A DNA stretch of 39,429 nt, taken from contig JBHIAE010000026.1 in NCBI GenBank assembly GCA_046758445.1, forward strand, positions 1 through 39,429. Direction: 5' to 3'. The notes under the pieces were generated by a model, which saw only the letters and a list, made by a program, of their open reading frames with translations, did no database searches and had not been told where the DNA came from. Positions 17,941-26,825 of the stretch are shown here, piece by piece. The position numbers were made by a program, and so were the translations under genes. Every line of letters starts with the position of its first letter. Positions within the stretch are counted from its first letter, which is position 1. This stretch comes from Candidatus Thorarchaeota archaeon. GTDB lineage: Archaea > Asgardarchaeota > Thorarchaeia > Thorarchaeales > Thorarchaeaceae.

Positions 17941-19086
17941 ATGAAGTTGTTTGAGCATGAAGCCAAAGACATCTTCCGTTCCTTTCAGATGCCAACTCCT
18001 CCAGGAGGCGTGGCTAGAACATCTGAAGAGGCCAAGAAACGTGCTGTCAAGGTCGGCAAGCCGGTTGTTGTGAAAGCACTGGTACTTGCTGGAAAGAGAG
18101 GCAAGGCGGGAGGAGTGAAGTTTGCGGATACTCCTGATGACGCGAAGAAGCTTGCCAAAGAGATTCTTTCCATGAGAATCAATGATTTGCCTGTTGAGGC
18201 CGTCCTAGTTGAGGAGAAGCTGGAGATTCAGCAGGAAATCTACGCAGGCATAACAGTCGATCGAAATGAACGGAAATACGTCGTGATTGGGAGTGCAGCG
18301 GGGGGCATGTCAATTGAAGAGCTTGCAGAAGAGAGCCCAGAGAAGATCATCAAGAGATACGTTGACCCAGACATTGGTCTACGGCCCTTCGAGGCTAGAG
18401 AGATGGCCATTATGATGGGATTCAAGGGTAAAGACATCAACAAGCTGGCCGGATTCTTTCTCAGACTATGGGAGATTGTGAAGACACATGACATTGAGCT
18501 CACGGAGATCAACCCTCTGATTCTGACAAAGGATGGAAGATTCCTTGCAGCAGATGCCCGATTGAATATCGATGATAATGCATTGTTTCGACACAAGAAA
18601 CTGGTTGAAGGGCTTCAAAGAGAGCCAGCAGAACAGAATGAGAGGGAGAGGATGGCCGCACTGGAAGGGATGGCCTATGTAGAGCTCGATGGGGATATCG
18701 CATGTATCTGCAACGGGGCCGGGCTCACAATGGCCACACTGGATGCAGTATCGCTATACGGTGGTAAAGCTAGCACATTCCTAGACCTTGGTGGCGGCGC
18801 AGATGCAGAGAGAGTAGAGAAGGGCATCGAGATTGCGATGAAGTACGATCGAGTGAAGGCGATTCTGGTCAATATCATGGGTGGCATTACCAGATGCGAT
18901 GATGTTGCGAATGGTATCGTTTCTGCAAGAAGCGATGGAGACATAACTGTCCCTTTGGTCATCAGAATGGTAGGCACAAACGAGGAGGAGGGGCAGCAGA
19001 TTCTAGCGAAAGCTGGCATACCCTTTCTAAAGACAATGGAAGAGGCCGCTCAGAAGGTGGTCAGCTTGGTCGAGGAGGGGGCATAG
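17941..19086 (+). CDS. sucC: Succinyl-CoA synthetase beta subunit
   Basis: MKLFEHEAK, RGKAGGVK, EINPL, NGAGLTMATLD, FLDLGGG; start moved to ATG 17941 (SD GGTGA at 17928). Confidence 0.96.
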   Translation: MKLFEHEAKDIFRSFQMPTPPGGVARTSEEAKKRAVKVGKPVVVKALVLAGKRGKAGGVKFADTPDDAKKLAKEILSMRINDLPVEAVLVEEKLEIQQEIYAGITVDRNERKYVVIGSAAGGMSIEELAEESPEKIIKRYVDPDIGLRPFEAREMAIMMGFKGKDINKLAGFFLRLWEIVKTHDIELTEINPLILTKDGRFLAADARLNIDDNALFRHKKLVEGLQREPAEQNERERMAALEGMAYVELDGDIACICNGAGLTMATLDAVSLYGGKASTFLDLGGGADAERVEKGIEIAMKYDRVKAILVNIMGGITRCDDVANGIVSARSDGDITVPLVIRMVGTNEEEGQQILAKAGIPFLKTMEEAAQKVVSLVEEGA

Positions 19087-19956
19087 ATGGTCGTACTTGT
19101 GGACAAGGATACTAGAGTAGTCATACAGGGAATCACCGGTTCCCAGGGCACTTTCCACTCGGAAGCAATGCTGAAGTATGGCACGAAGATAGTTGCAGGT
19201 GTCACTCCAGGTAAACAGGGAGAAGAGGCACATGGGATTCCTGTCTACGATAGCGTTAGGGAGGCAAGGGATGCACACAACGCAAACGCGTCCGTCATAT
19301 TTGTGCCAGCGCCATTTGCTGGAGACGCCGCTCTGGAGGCTATCGCAGCAGAGCTCAATCCTGTAGTTGTGATTACCGAGCATGTCCCTGTTCTGGATGA
19401 AATGCGAGTGATTCACGCAGCGAAATGCAAGGGAATCACAGTGATTGGACCCAATACTCCGGGAATCATCACTCCGAATGCCAAACAGAAGCTCGGTATT
19501 ATGCCTGGGCACGTGTTCTCAGGAGGGAGAGTAGGTCTTATGTCACGTAGCGGCACCCTCACATACGAGATTGCTGCGGGCATGACAGATGCAAAGATTG
19601 GCATCTCAACGGCGATTGGTCTCGGTGGGGATCCATGCGTGGGACTCACTGCAGTTGAGGCAGTAGAGATATTCAATGACGACCCGGACACTGATGCGCT
19701 CGTTCTGATAGGTGAGATTGGAGGAGACGCCGAAGAGCGGGCTGCAGAGTATATCCAAAGTCATGTGGAGAAGCCTGCCGTAGCCTTCATAGCAGGTAGA
19801 ACCGCACCCCCCGGCAAGAGAATGGGACATGCCGGTGCAATCATCAGTGGGAGTACAGGAACCGCGGCGGCCAAGATTAAGGCCTTCAAAGACGCAGGAG
19901 TTCCAGTTGCCGAGAAACCCAGCGATGTGGCACGGCTCCTTAAAGAAGTCCTGTAG
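19087..19956 (+). CDS. sucD: Succinyl-CoA synthetase alpha subunit
   Basis: [32 protein letters not shown] (phospho-His). Confidence 0.97.
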   Translation: MVVLVDKDTRVVIQGITGSQGTFHSEAMLKYGTKIVAGVTPGKQGEEAHGIPVYDSVREARDAHNANASVIFVPAPFAGDAALEAIAAELNPVVVITEHVPVLDEMRVIHAAKCKGITVIGPNTPGIITPNAKQKLGIMPGHVFSGGRVGLMSRSGTLTYEIAAGMTDAKIGISTAIGLGGDPCVGLTAVEAVEIFNDDPDTDALVLIGEIGGDAEERAAEYIQSHVEKPAVAFIAGRTAPPGKRMGHAGAIISGSTGTAAAKIKAFKDAGVPVAEKPSDVARLLKEVL

Positions 19957-19984
19957 TATTCGGAATTGTGGAAAGAGCACAAGC

Positions 19985-19991
19985 TTTTAAA
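19985..19991 (+). promoter_or_regulatory. Probable TATA box for rpl40e
   Basis: TTTTAAA with purine-rich upstream sequence, 70 nt before the ATG at 20062. Confidence 0.5.
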
Positions 19992-20061
19992 ACACAACCC
20001 GGCAGTGAAGCGGGAACGGGCCGACTAGAGACTATGCCCGGCCCGAACTGAGGTCTAAGAG

Positions 20062-20220
20062 ATGCCAGTTGCAGACATTGAGAAACGCAGGCTTGCACAG
20101 CACTACTTGTTATACAAGTCAGTGTGCCGATACTGTGGAGCGACCAATCCACTGAAGGCAAAGAAGTGCAGGAAATGCGGCAACAAGGACCTCAGACCCA
20201 AGAGGCGGTCCAAGAAGTAG
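20062..20220 (+). CDS. rpl40e: 50S ribosomal protein eL40 (not in the ORF track, 52 aa)
   Basis: Hand translation [52 protein letters not shown]; C4 zinc ribbon and LRPK motif; GAGG SD. Confidence 0.95.
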   Translation: MPVADIEKRRLAQHYLLYKSVCRYCGATNPLKAKKCRKCGNKDLRPKRRSKK

Positions 20221-20259
20221 ACTTGCCGAATCAAGAAGTCGACTCTCGCACCTGCCTCA

Positions 20260-21192
20260 TCAGAGCTTCTTGTACCATTCATGAACTGGTGTCTTTTCAG
20301 TAAGGCCTTTTGACTCGTACAGACGATTAGCGGCCTCAGTTGGTGTAGCACCTTGAATGCATAACAAGGTGGGGCTGTGTTTCTCAAGACGTTTTAGACC
20401 CTCTAGAAGGACTGCTATCGCTAGGCCAAGTTTTCGATAGTCCGGATGCGTTCCCACAGGTTCAAACTCTGCAATTCTGCTCACCGGATCAAGCCTCACT
20501 GTGCAGAATGTTGAAAATGTTCCATCTGGCGTGACTGTAACAAGGTCAATCTCTGAATTGTAAAAGCACGCGGTTCGATAGATATCAGCCATTCTCCGTG
20601 TCATTCCCTTCAAGTGCTTGAAAACAGAGGCCTGTACGTTTCTATAGTGAATGAAGTCCTCCATTATGTCCACACTTCTGATTGTGAACCCTTCTGGTAG
20701 CCAATAGTCTGGAATTGGGAGGTCTAATGAGCGAGTTCGATAATATGAATGTAGACCACGATTCTCATAGCCCAACTCAGTCAATAGCGATTGTCGCTCT
20801 ATGTCAGTGTCTTAAACCATGAAGAGTATGTCAGTGTCACCCATTGCCTCTACTTGTTTCTCCAACCAACTGACAAGCTCTCGCTCTAGGAACCGGTAAT
20901 CTGGATGAATCTGTATCCATGAGCTGCCTGACGATTTCGCTATTGTGACTGCCACCATCTTTGCGTCGAGTCCGTCTCTTGAATCATCTATGTCCTCCCA
21001 GACCTTGATACCCTCATCCTCCTCGTCCTGATACTCAGTCCCCCCTGGTCTAAACTTGATGTTTTCAGACATGATAGGTGTCCAACTATGAAGAGACTGG
21101 TTTAGACTGTAGGCTTCAATCAGGAAACTTCGAACATGCTCAAAGTCCTCACTCCAATGGAGTGATGGCATCCCAATGGTCACCAAAGACAC
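20260..21192 (-). pseudogene. GNAT family N-acetyltransferase interrupted by one in-frame TAA (20812-20814)
   Basis: ORFs 20812..21192 and 20260..20784 are in the same frame and read ...LFMV*DTDIERQSLLTELGY...; GNAT motif A EPVGTHPDYRKLGLA and ANRLYESKG. Confidence 0.8.
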
Positions 21193-21297
21193 CGACCAAA
21201 TCCACTTCTGGGAAATAATAAATCATGCAGTCCATGGGAGAGAATGCCTCAGGGTGTGACAATCAAAGAGCTGATATCAGTCCGTCATCCATCATTC

Positions 21298-21303
21298 TTA
21301 TAT
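21298..21303 (+). promoter_or_regulatory. Probable TATA box of the tRNA-Val gene
   Basis: TTATAT about 30 nt upstream of the mature tRNA 5' end. Confidence 0.55.
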
Positions 21304-21332
21304 CCGGATTACTCTTCAGACATCTCGTCCCC

Positions 21333-21444
21333 GGGCCGGTGATCTAGTCGGCTATGATGCCTCCTTCACAATTGGGGTTCAATCTGATATGTGCTCCATG
21401 GAAATCGGAGGAAATCGGGAGTTCGAGTCTCCCCCGGCCCACCA
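21333..21444 (+). tRNA. tRNA-Val(CAC) with a 35-nt intron at 37/38 (21371-21405) and encoded CCA
   Basis: Acceptor GGGCCGG/CCGGCCC + A discriminator + CCA; anticodon stem CCTCC/GGAGG; loop TT-CAC-A^C; T arm GGGAG-TTCGAGT-CTCCC. Confidence 0.92.
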
Positions 21445-21445
21445 T

Positions 21446-22109
21446 TCATTGCCAGATTATGAGCCCCTTTTGATCCAAGTTCTCTATCGCTTCTGAAACT
21501 GCTGTTCCGCGATATTCTGAGTCTAAGTACGCTATTACTGACGGGTCTATTCCAATATTGAGCAGCTTAGAGATCGAGACAATCGGCGACAGGTCTATCT
21601 CTCTAATCGGATTAGAATTCAGAACCAGTAATTCGAGTTGTTTGCATTCTGTCAATGGAGTGAGGTCAAGATGACCTATCTGATTGCTTCCAATATGGAG
21701 CTCCTTGAGTTGAGTGTAGTTTTGAAGAGGCTCCAAATCAATCTCTTTCAAATAGTTGAGGAAAACTAGGATTGTTTCCAAATCTCAGCACATCTCAGGG
21801 GATCAAAGTCTATTGTTTCCAATTGATTATCTGCGATGTAGAGTCCCTTGAGTTTCTTCAGCTGCGAGAGAGGGCTGAGGTCTATCAAGCTTAGAAGGTT
21901 CTGTGATAGGCCAAGATGTTCAAGCTTAGTGCAGTTCACAAGGGAGCTAAGGTCTACCGTTTCTAGTCCATTGGCACCCAAGGAGAGCTCTTCAGATTCT
22001 GGCAACTGGCTAATGGAGTCAGATTGATGTCACCCAACGTGTTATCACTGAGGTGGATTGTTTCTAGCATGGTGCATTTTGAGAGCGGGCTTAGATCAAT
22101 CCCAATCAT
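21446..22109 (-). pseudogene. Leucine-rich repeat protein remnant (24-aa LRRs), 5'-truncated with two frameshifts
   Basis: Repeats LxxLxLxxNxLxxIDLSPLxxxxx spread over three frames; apparent 1-nt deletions near 21995 and 21785; a TGA lies two codons upstream of the first fragment. Confidence 0.8.
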
Positions 22110-22325
22110 GTATCAATCGCGGACGACCAGTCTTTTCGCATTGATATGACAATGAACTTTGCCTTGCAGCCCATGTCTTCTCTGATATAGCAACTCCACA
22201 TGATTCTTCAGTCAGAACGCCTCGTTTGTCCGGTTCATAGAATGAAACCATTCGAACTGGAAACCTAAAAGTGATTCTCCGAACTAGCTTGACCATAGAG
22301 AATCAGTGGGGATAATCCGTCACTC

Positions 22326-22331
22326 TTATAA
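22326..22331 (+). promoter_or_regulatory. Probable TATA box for rpl38e
   Basis: TTATAA 40 nt upstream of the ATG; GGAGG SD present. Confidence 0.5.
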
Positions 22332-22370
22332 CGAGTTGAACTTCGGTGAGGTTAATGCGGAGGCTCAAGA

Positions 22371-22586
22371 ATGCCGAAACAGATCTATGATGTAGAGAAG
22401 TTCCTCGAGATGAGTGAGGACGCCGAGGAGTGCCGAGTCAAACGTGGTAGTGATCAAGTCAAGCTGAAACTCCGTACGAAGCGATATCTCTACACCATCA
22501 TTCTCGAGCCCCAAGAGGCTGAGAATGTCCTACAGCAAGTGAAATGCCAGATAGTTGAGGCCCGCCCAGAGAAAGAAGAGGACTAG
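22371..22586 (+). CDS. rpl38e: Ribosomal protein eL38
   Basis: MPKQIYDVEKFL...VKLKLRTKRYLYT matches the eL38 pattern MPxxIxxIKxFL...KFKVRxxRYLYT. Confidence 0.88.
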   Translation: MPKQIYDVEKFLEMSEDAEECRVKRGSDQVKLKLRTKRYLYTIILEPQEAENVLQQVKCQIVEARPEKEED

Positions 22587-23848
22587 ATCTCTACTGTTTC
22601 GTTCACTTCTGGTACGTGCGCTTTCCTGCCTTTCTTCTCCAGAGTTTCTGCAAGCGCATCGCAGGACTCCGACTCTCCGTGTACAACGTAGAACTCCGGG
22701 TTTCCTGGAATTCTTTCAAGAAGGTTCAGCAATCCTATCGAGTCTGAATGTGATGACAGATGGTGCATGTGCACATCTGCAGTTACATCGAGTATTCGGC
22801 TTCCGACTTGCACCTTGCGTGTAGCCAAGAGCTCCGCACCCGGAGTACCTGGAATCTGATAACTCACCAAGATGATTGAGTTCTCGGGATTATCATAGAG
22901 CATCTTGAAGTAGAGGTGTGATGCTCCTCCCTTCAACATTCCAGCAGGAGAGATGATTATCCCACCGTTGTTTGCAGCCTTTGTGCGGTCTTTGTTGTCG
23001 TGAATCACTCGGGTTCTGCTGACCGCACGGCTGAATGACTGTGGACTTTGTAGATACTGGGGATGTCTGACAAGGATCTCATTTACTTTCCTAGCCATCC
23101 CGTCCACATAGATTGGATACTTCTGTGGGATTTCGTGGCGTTCCAGAATGCACATTATCTCTTGGCTACGACCCACTGCGAACGCGGGGATTAGAACCGT
23201 CCCTCCTCGCTCTACTGTTTCAATCACTGTTTGAACCAGTCCCTCTTCAATCTCGGCCCTCTCAGGATTCAATCGACGTGCATAGGTACTCTCGGTTACG
23301 ACCACGTCATGCTTTGGGAGGTTCTTCCTGGCTCCAGGGTTAAGCTGGGACTCTGTGGCATTGAAGTCGCCGGTGAAGAGCACTCTCTTTCCATCGACTC
23401 TCAGCGAAACCATTGAGCTGCCTGGAATGTGACCTGCGTTGAAAAGAGTCATCTCAATACGGCGGCCGAGTGGCAGAGTTTCCTCATACGATGTTGTTTG
23501 ACACTGTCTTCTCACTAGTGGAATGTCATTTCTATTGAACGGAAGCCTTCCTTTTGAGATGTTGTACATGTCTCGAAGGAGTAGTATGGTCAGGTCTCTA
23601 GTGGCAGGAGTGCAGAATAGAGAGGCGTCTGTCTGAGAAAGAACACGCGGGACGCCACCAGAATGATCCAGATGGGCATGGGTAAGCGCGATTCCTTGAA
23701 TATCGTCAAGAGGAACTAGATCCGGAAACTTCGGAGGTTCTACAAGCTTTGCGCCGTGGTCAACGAGCACGCTCTCGTCCTTCTCCTCTAGAAAGAAACC
23801 TGCCCGTCCTATCTCTCTACATGAACCCAAGAATGTGAGTTGTGTCAT
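22583..23848 (-). CDS. Beta-CASP metallo-beta-lactamase ribonuclease lacking KH domains (aCPSF2-type)
   Basis: THAHLDHSG, AGHIPGS, FTGD, ESTY, PAFAVGRSQE, SSHSD, VHGE. Confidence 0.92.
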   Translation of the reverse strand: MTQLTFLGSCREIGRAGFFLEEKDESVLVDHGAKLVEPPKFPDLVPLDDIQGIALTHAHLDHSGGVPRVLSQTDASLFCTPATRDLTILLLRDMYNISKGRLPFNRNDIPLVRRQCQTTSYEETLPLGRRIEMTLFNAGHIPGSSMVSLRVDGKRVLFTGDFNATESQLNPGARKNLPKHDVVVTESTYARRLNPERAEIEEGLVQTVIETVERGGTVLIPAFAVGRSQEIMCILERHEIPQKYPIYVDGMARKVNEILVRHPQYLQSPQSFSRAVSRTRVIHDNKDRTKAANNGGIIISPAGMLKGGASHLYFKMLYDNPENSIILVSYQIPGTPGAELLATRKVQVGSRILDVTADVHMHHLSSHSDSIGLLNLLERIPGNPEFYVVHGESESCDALAETLEKKGRKAHVPEVNETVEI

Positions 23849-24056
23849 TTACGAGAACTTCCACGACCGCGCGTGTCGGTTTGAAGAAAAGGCTTCCGCC
23901 TTTGTAGTGTGGTCCCTCTCTGACTGGCCGCTATTGAGATTAACTTAGAATTGCAGGAGTTCGGGTGGCCTGGGGAATCGAAATCTATATCAGACAGGGT
24001 CCGCTGCTGTGCTATATCTAATACCCTTAAGAGCAGCAGCAGGGGAGAGGCTTCGG

Positions 24057-24368
24057 GTGACAGAGAAGAAGACCGACGAGAAGTCGGGTGAAGAGAGCCA
24101 CGGCGACTCGGTTATCCTTGTAGGCAACAAGAATGTGATGTCATACGTTCTGGCCTGTGTGACTTTATTCAACAAGGGTGCCAATGAGGTTGTAATCAAG
24201 GCGAGGGGCAGACTGATCAGTCGAGCTGTAGACGTTGCCGAGATCACACGCCACAGGTTCATCTCCGACCTCAAAGTCAAGGACATAGAGATCGGCACAA
24301 CCACTGTTCAGACGGACAAAGGAAGCGATCTCAACGTTTCGACAATTGACATAACACTCTCCAAGTGA
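24057..24368 (+). CDS. albA: DNA/RNA-binding chromatin protein Alba
   Basis: [37 protein letters not shown]; start set to GTG 24057 after GGGGAGAGG. Confidence 0.95.
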   Translation: MTEKKTDEKSGEESHGDSVILVGNKNVMSYVLACVTLFNKGANEVVIKARGRLISRAVDVAEITRHRFISDLKVKDIEIGTTTVQTDKGSDLNVSTIDITLSK

Positions 24369-24442
24369 AACGAAAGTAATCAGTTGTACTCCTCGCCTGA
24401 AGACCAGCCATTGCTGGGGCTTCTCGTGGTGAGGAACGAGAG

Positions 24443-25030
24443 ATGAAGTTACCCATCTGTGTGTTTGACATCGAATCGGACATGCTTTGCTCCGGCTGCC
24501 AGGAGCGACTGGACCGGGGCGACTTGACGGAGTTCGATGTGGAGTTCTCCAGATGGGTCCTGGACAGAGTAGAGGACTACCCGGAATTGGAAGACCTTCA
24601 CCTTCAAAGAGCAATAAGGCTCCAAGACCGTGCGATATTGGTGGTGAAGAAGAAGGGCAGAGATGTCTTACTGGCTGAACAGGCCTTTCTTGATGAGATT
24701 GGGGAGTCGTTCGGTGATGTATTCATCTTCGAATCACCTATGAAGCTGAGGAAGATTGTTAGAAGTCTAATTGCGCCTGCTGTTGAGTTAGGAGTCAACC
24801 GTCTGCATCTTCCAGATGGGTTCAGAGAGAGCATTGTGATGCTTCGGGCAGAGGATAGAGAAAGGATTCCCTACTCAAAGGATGATCTTAGAGCGATTGT
24901 ATCTGCTGTGATGGGTGAATCAGTGATCTTCCGCTATCAGGACGAGGGTATTGAGAAGGATGAAACGTCAGACGATGATGTCTTCGAAGAGAAGATGAGA
25001 AGATTCACCGGGAAACGTCGTGCTCGATGA
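24443..25030 (+). CDS. Archaeal NusA-like (KH-fold) protein with N-terminal zinc-binding motif
   Basis: MKLPICVFD...LCSGCQE N-terminus and LIAPA.ELGVN motif typical of archaeal NusA-like paralogs; neighbours truD/pth2. Confidence 0.72.
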   Translation: MKLPICVFDIESDMLCSGCQERLDRGDLTEFDVEFSRWVLDRVEDYPELEDLHLQRAIRLQDRAILVVKKKGRDVLLAEQAFLDEIGESFGDVFIFESPMKLRKIVRSLIAPAVELGVNRLHLPDGFRESIVMLRAEDRERIPYSKDDLRAIVSAVMGESVIFRYQDEGIEKDETSDDDVFEEKMRRFTGKRRAR

Positions 25031-25031
25031 C

Positions 25032-26369
25032 TCACACTCTGTTGATTGGATGATTCTTCATCAGCTCCCGCATGACAACAGTTGCATAGGACCCCTTCGT
25101 CAGTTTGAACTCCAGGACTAAGTCTTGGTCTGCGCATCGTGCCTCAATCTGTGAAAGTACAATTGTGAGTAGATGAAGTCCGCCGGGTGCATCGAGCGCC
25201 TTCCAGTCAGGGTTTCGGAATTCTGGAAGCCGTATGTCCTCATCTTTCAGAAGATTTTGCAACAATTCGGAGTGCTTGGATTGTGGGGTCTTCGTCGAGT
25301 ATCCTGGAAGAGGGGCCGCCAAGCTATATTCACCAGATTGTACAAGTTCTCTCCGCTCCTCAAGGTTCTGATCAGTCACGTAGAACCAAAGGTCCCGCCC
25401 AGAGTGTATTTCATCCAGCTTGATGATAAAATCCCCAGGTTCCAGTCTGTCGATAGGAATGCCAGACTTGACTCTCAGACTGATTAGCCGATTGAACAGA
25501 TATGACTGAAATGAATGGACTAGTATAGTGAGAATGCGTGAGGGGACTCTGGAGAATGCCCGCCTGAAGTCGCCAGGGTGCTTGATGAGCTGCTTCATGA
25601 CTATTCTCTCGTAGCTCAAGTCCCTTGGAAACGCCTCTAAGATGCTGTCATCAGGAGAGAGATCTATAGCCAGACGTTTCCGTGCCTCTGTGAGTTCATC
25701 TGACTCGTATTCACTCGTAAGGGTCAGGAGAATGCGTGCAGCTTCCTCATAATCTTGCTTCACAAGTGCTCTACCTACAAGGTGTGTAAGAGGACGCCAG
25801 ATGCCGAATCTCTGAACACCGAAGTAATTGAGAAGAGGACGTTGCTTCAACTTCCTTGCTAGGTCAAGGGCGTCGGCGCATTCCGCGTCCATCTCAGAGA
25901 GTCGGACAGTGAAACGATTGCCCCAGAGGTCACCTATTTGAGTCCGATGACGCGTATGGCAAAGGTTTCTGATGGTCATTCGCGACAGCCTTGCATCTCT
26001 GAGTCGTTCAGCCGCAGAAGCCGGTATGGACATCATCTGAACAGTCACGGCTCTCTTGTCCTTCAGTCCGGCATAGCTAACAAGATGTTGAGGTAACTTC
26101 AGCTCAGCGGCGAGAATGGTCGATGCATCTAGCGTTGACAATCCCATCTTCTGAATGACAAATGTAACATACTTGGAGCGTTCTCCTGCCACGGCCATTT
26201 CCGAAGATTCGCTCTTCCAGTCTTTGAACTCAAGCACCTTTCCCTCTGGAGTTATCTCCTCCACAAGGAAGTCCTCGAAACGCCTCTTGAGCCGCCCTCC
26301 GACACCAAGCGCCGTTGTACTATATAGCTCCATCCCGAGGGCAACTTCGAAGGATGGAGGTTCGATCAT
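25032..26369 (-). CDS. truD: tRNA pseudouridine(13) synthase
   Basis: EDFLVEE, AGLKDKRAVT, GNRF, NYFGVQRFG, GSYATVVMRE. Confidence 0.97.
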   Translation of the reverse strand: MIEPPSFEVALGMELYSTTALGVGGRLKRRFEDFLVEEITPEGKVLEFKDWKSESSEMAVAGERSKYVTFVIQKMGLSTLDASTILAAELKLPQHLVSYAGLKDKRAVTVQMMSIPASAAERLRDARLSRMTIRNLCHTRHRTQIGDLWGNRFTVRLSEMDAECADALDLARKLKQRPLLNYFGVQRFGIWRPLTHLVGRALVKQDYEEAARILLTLTSEYESDELTEARKRLAIDLSPDDSILEAFPRDLSYERIVMKQLIKHPGDFRRAFSRVPSRILTILVHSFQSYLFNRLISLRVKSGIPIDRLEPGDFIIKLDEIHSGRDLWFYVTDQNLEERRELVQSGEYSLAAPLPGYSTKTPQSKHSELLQNLLKDEDIRLPEFRNPDWKALDAPGGLHLLTIVLSQIEARCADQDLVLEFKLTKGSYATVVMRELMKNHPINRV

Positions 26370-26380
26370 TGTTTCTCTCC

Positions 26381-26749
26381 TCAGAGGAGTGTCAGGTCGC
26401 CGGTCACTCTGTCAATCTGCTCTCCTGTGGCTGGTCCCACTGCAATCACTGTGGTGGTTCCGGGAGGTAGCTCAGTCATCCCTGCATCACGAATTAAGGC
26501 AAATGGAATCCCCTGTTCTACAGCAGCACGCCTCAATCCGAGTAGCTCTTCTTCAGATATGACCTTCACAACGACCTTCTTTTGACCCTCTCTGAACCAC
26601 TCCTTCCAGATGGCCTGATGAGTTACTCGGACTCGCTCTGATGCACTTACAGAACCGTGTGCAACTTGGACGGCAATCTTCCCCTTGCTCATGTCCAAGT
26701 CGGTTCTGACAGCAATGACCTGCTTGTACTTGAAATCCCGTCCGCTCAT
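26381..26749 (-). CDS. pth2: Peptidyl-tRNA hydrolase 2
   Basis: VRTDLDMSKGKIAVQVAH, QKKVVVK, DAGMTE, GP...ID.VTG.L.LL. Confidence 0.97.
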   Translation of the reverse strand: MSGRDFKYKQVIAVRTDLDMSKGKIAVQVAHGSVSASERVRVTHQAIWKEWFREGQKKVVVKVISEEELLGLRRAAVEQGIPFALIRDAGMTELPPGTTTVIAVGPATGEQIDRVTGDLTLL

Positions 26750-26794
26750 CTTGAATGCCTTCTAGTCACAGCCAGGGTCACTTGAGGGGAGAGA

Positions 26795-26800
26795 TATTAA
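26795..26800. promoter_or_regulatory. TATA-like box in the divergent pth2/GGR spacer
   Basis: TATTAA 26 nt before the GGR ATG, consistent with a leaderless mRNA. Confidence 0.45.
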
Positions 26801-26825
26801 GGGTATCCACTGCTCTTGTGGTGGG

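Noticed and set aside
20062-20220. Possible ubiquitin-eL40 fusion as in eukaryotes
   Set aside because: The gene is stand-alone; only ~105 bp separate it from sucD
20812-20814. Selenocysteine or pyrrolysine recoding of the GNAT internal stop
   Set aside because: The codon is TAA, not TGA or TAG
21364-21370. Reading the anticodon as TCA (tRNA-Sec or suppressor)
   Set aside because: The CCTCC/GGAGG stem fixes the register at CAC; a 7-bp acceptor stem, short variable loop and A discriminator fit Val
22096-22296. 66-aa ORF as the missing LRR N-terminus
   Set aside because: No LRR pattern or recognisable motif, and a different frame from the first LRR fragment
21333-22300. Integrated provirus or mobile element at the tRNA
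   Set aside because: No integrase, transposase or convincing duplicated tRNA 3' end in the window
24370-24425. Hammerhead ribozyme (CTGAAGA followed by a stem)
   Set aside because: The required GAAA does not follow the stem
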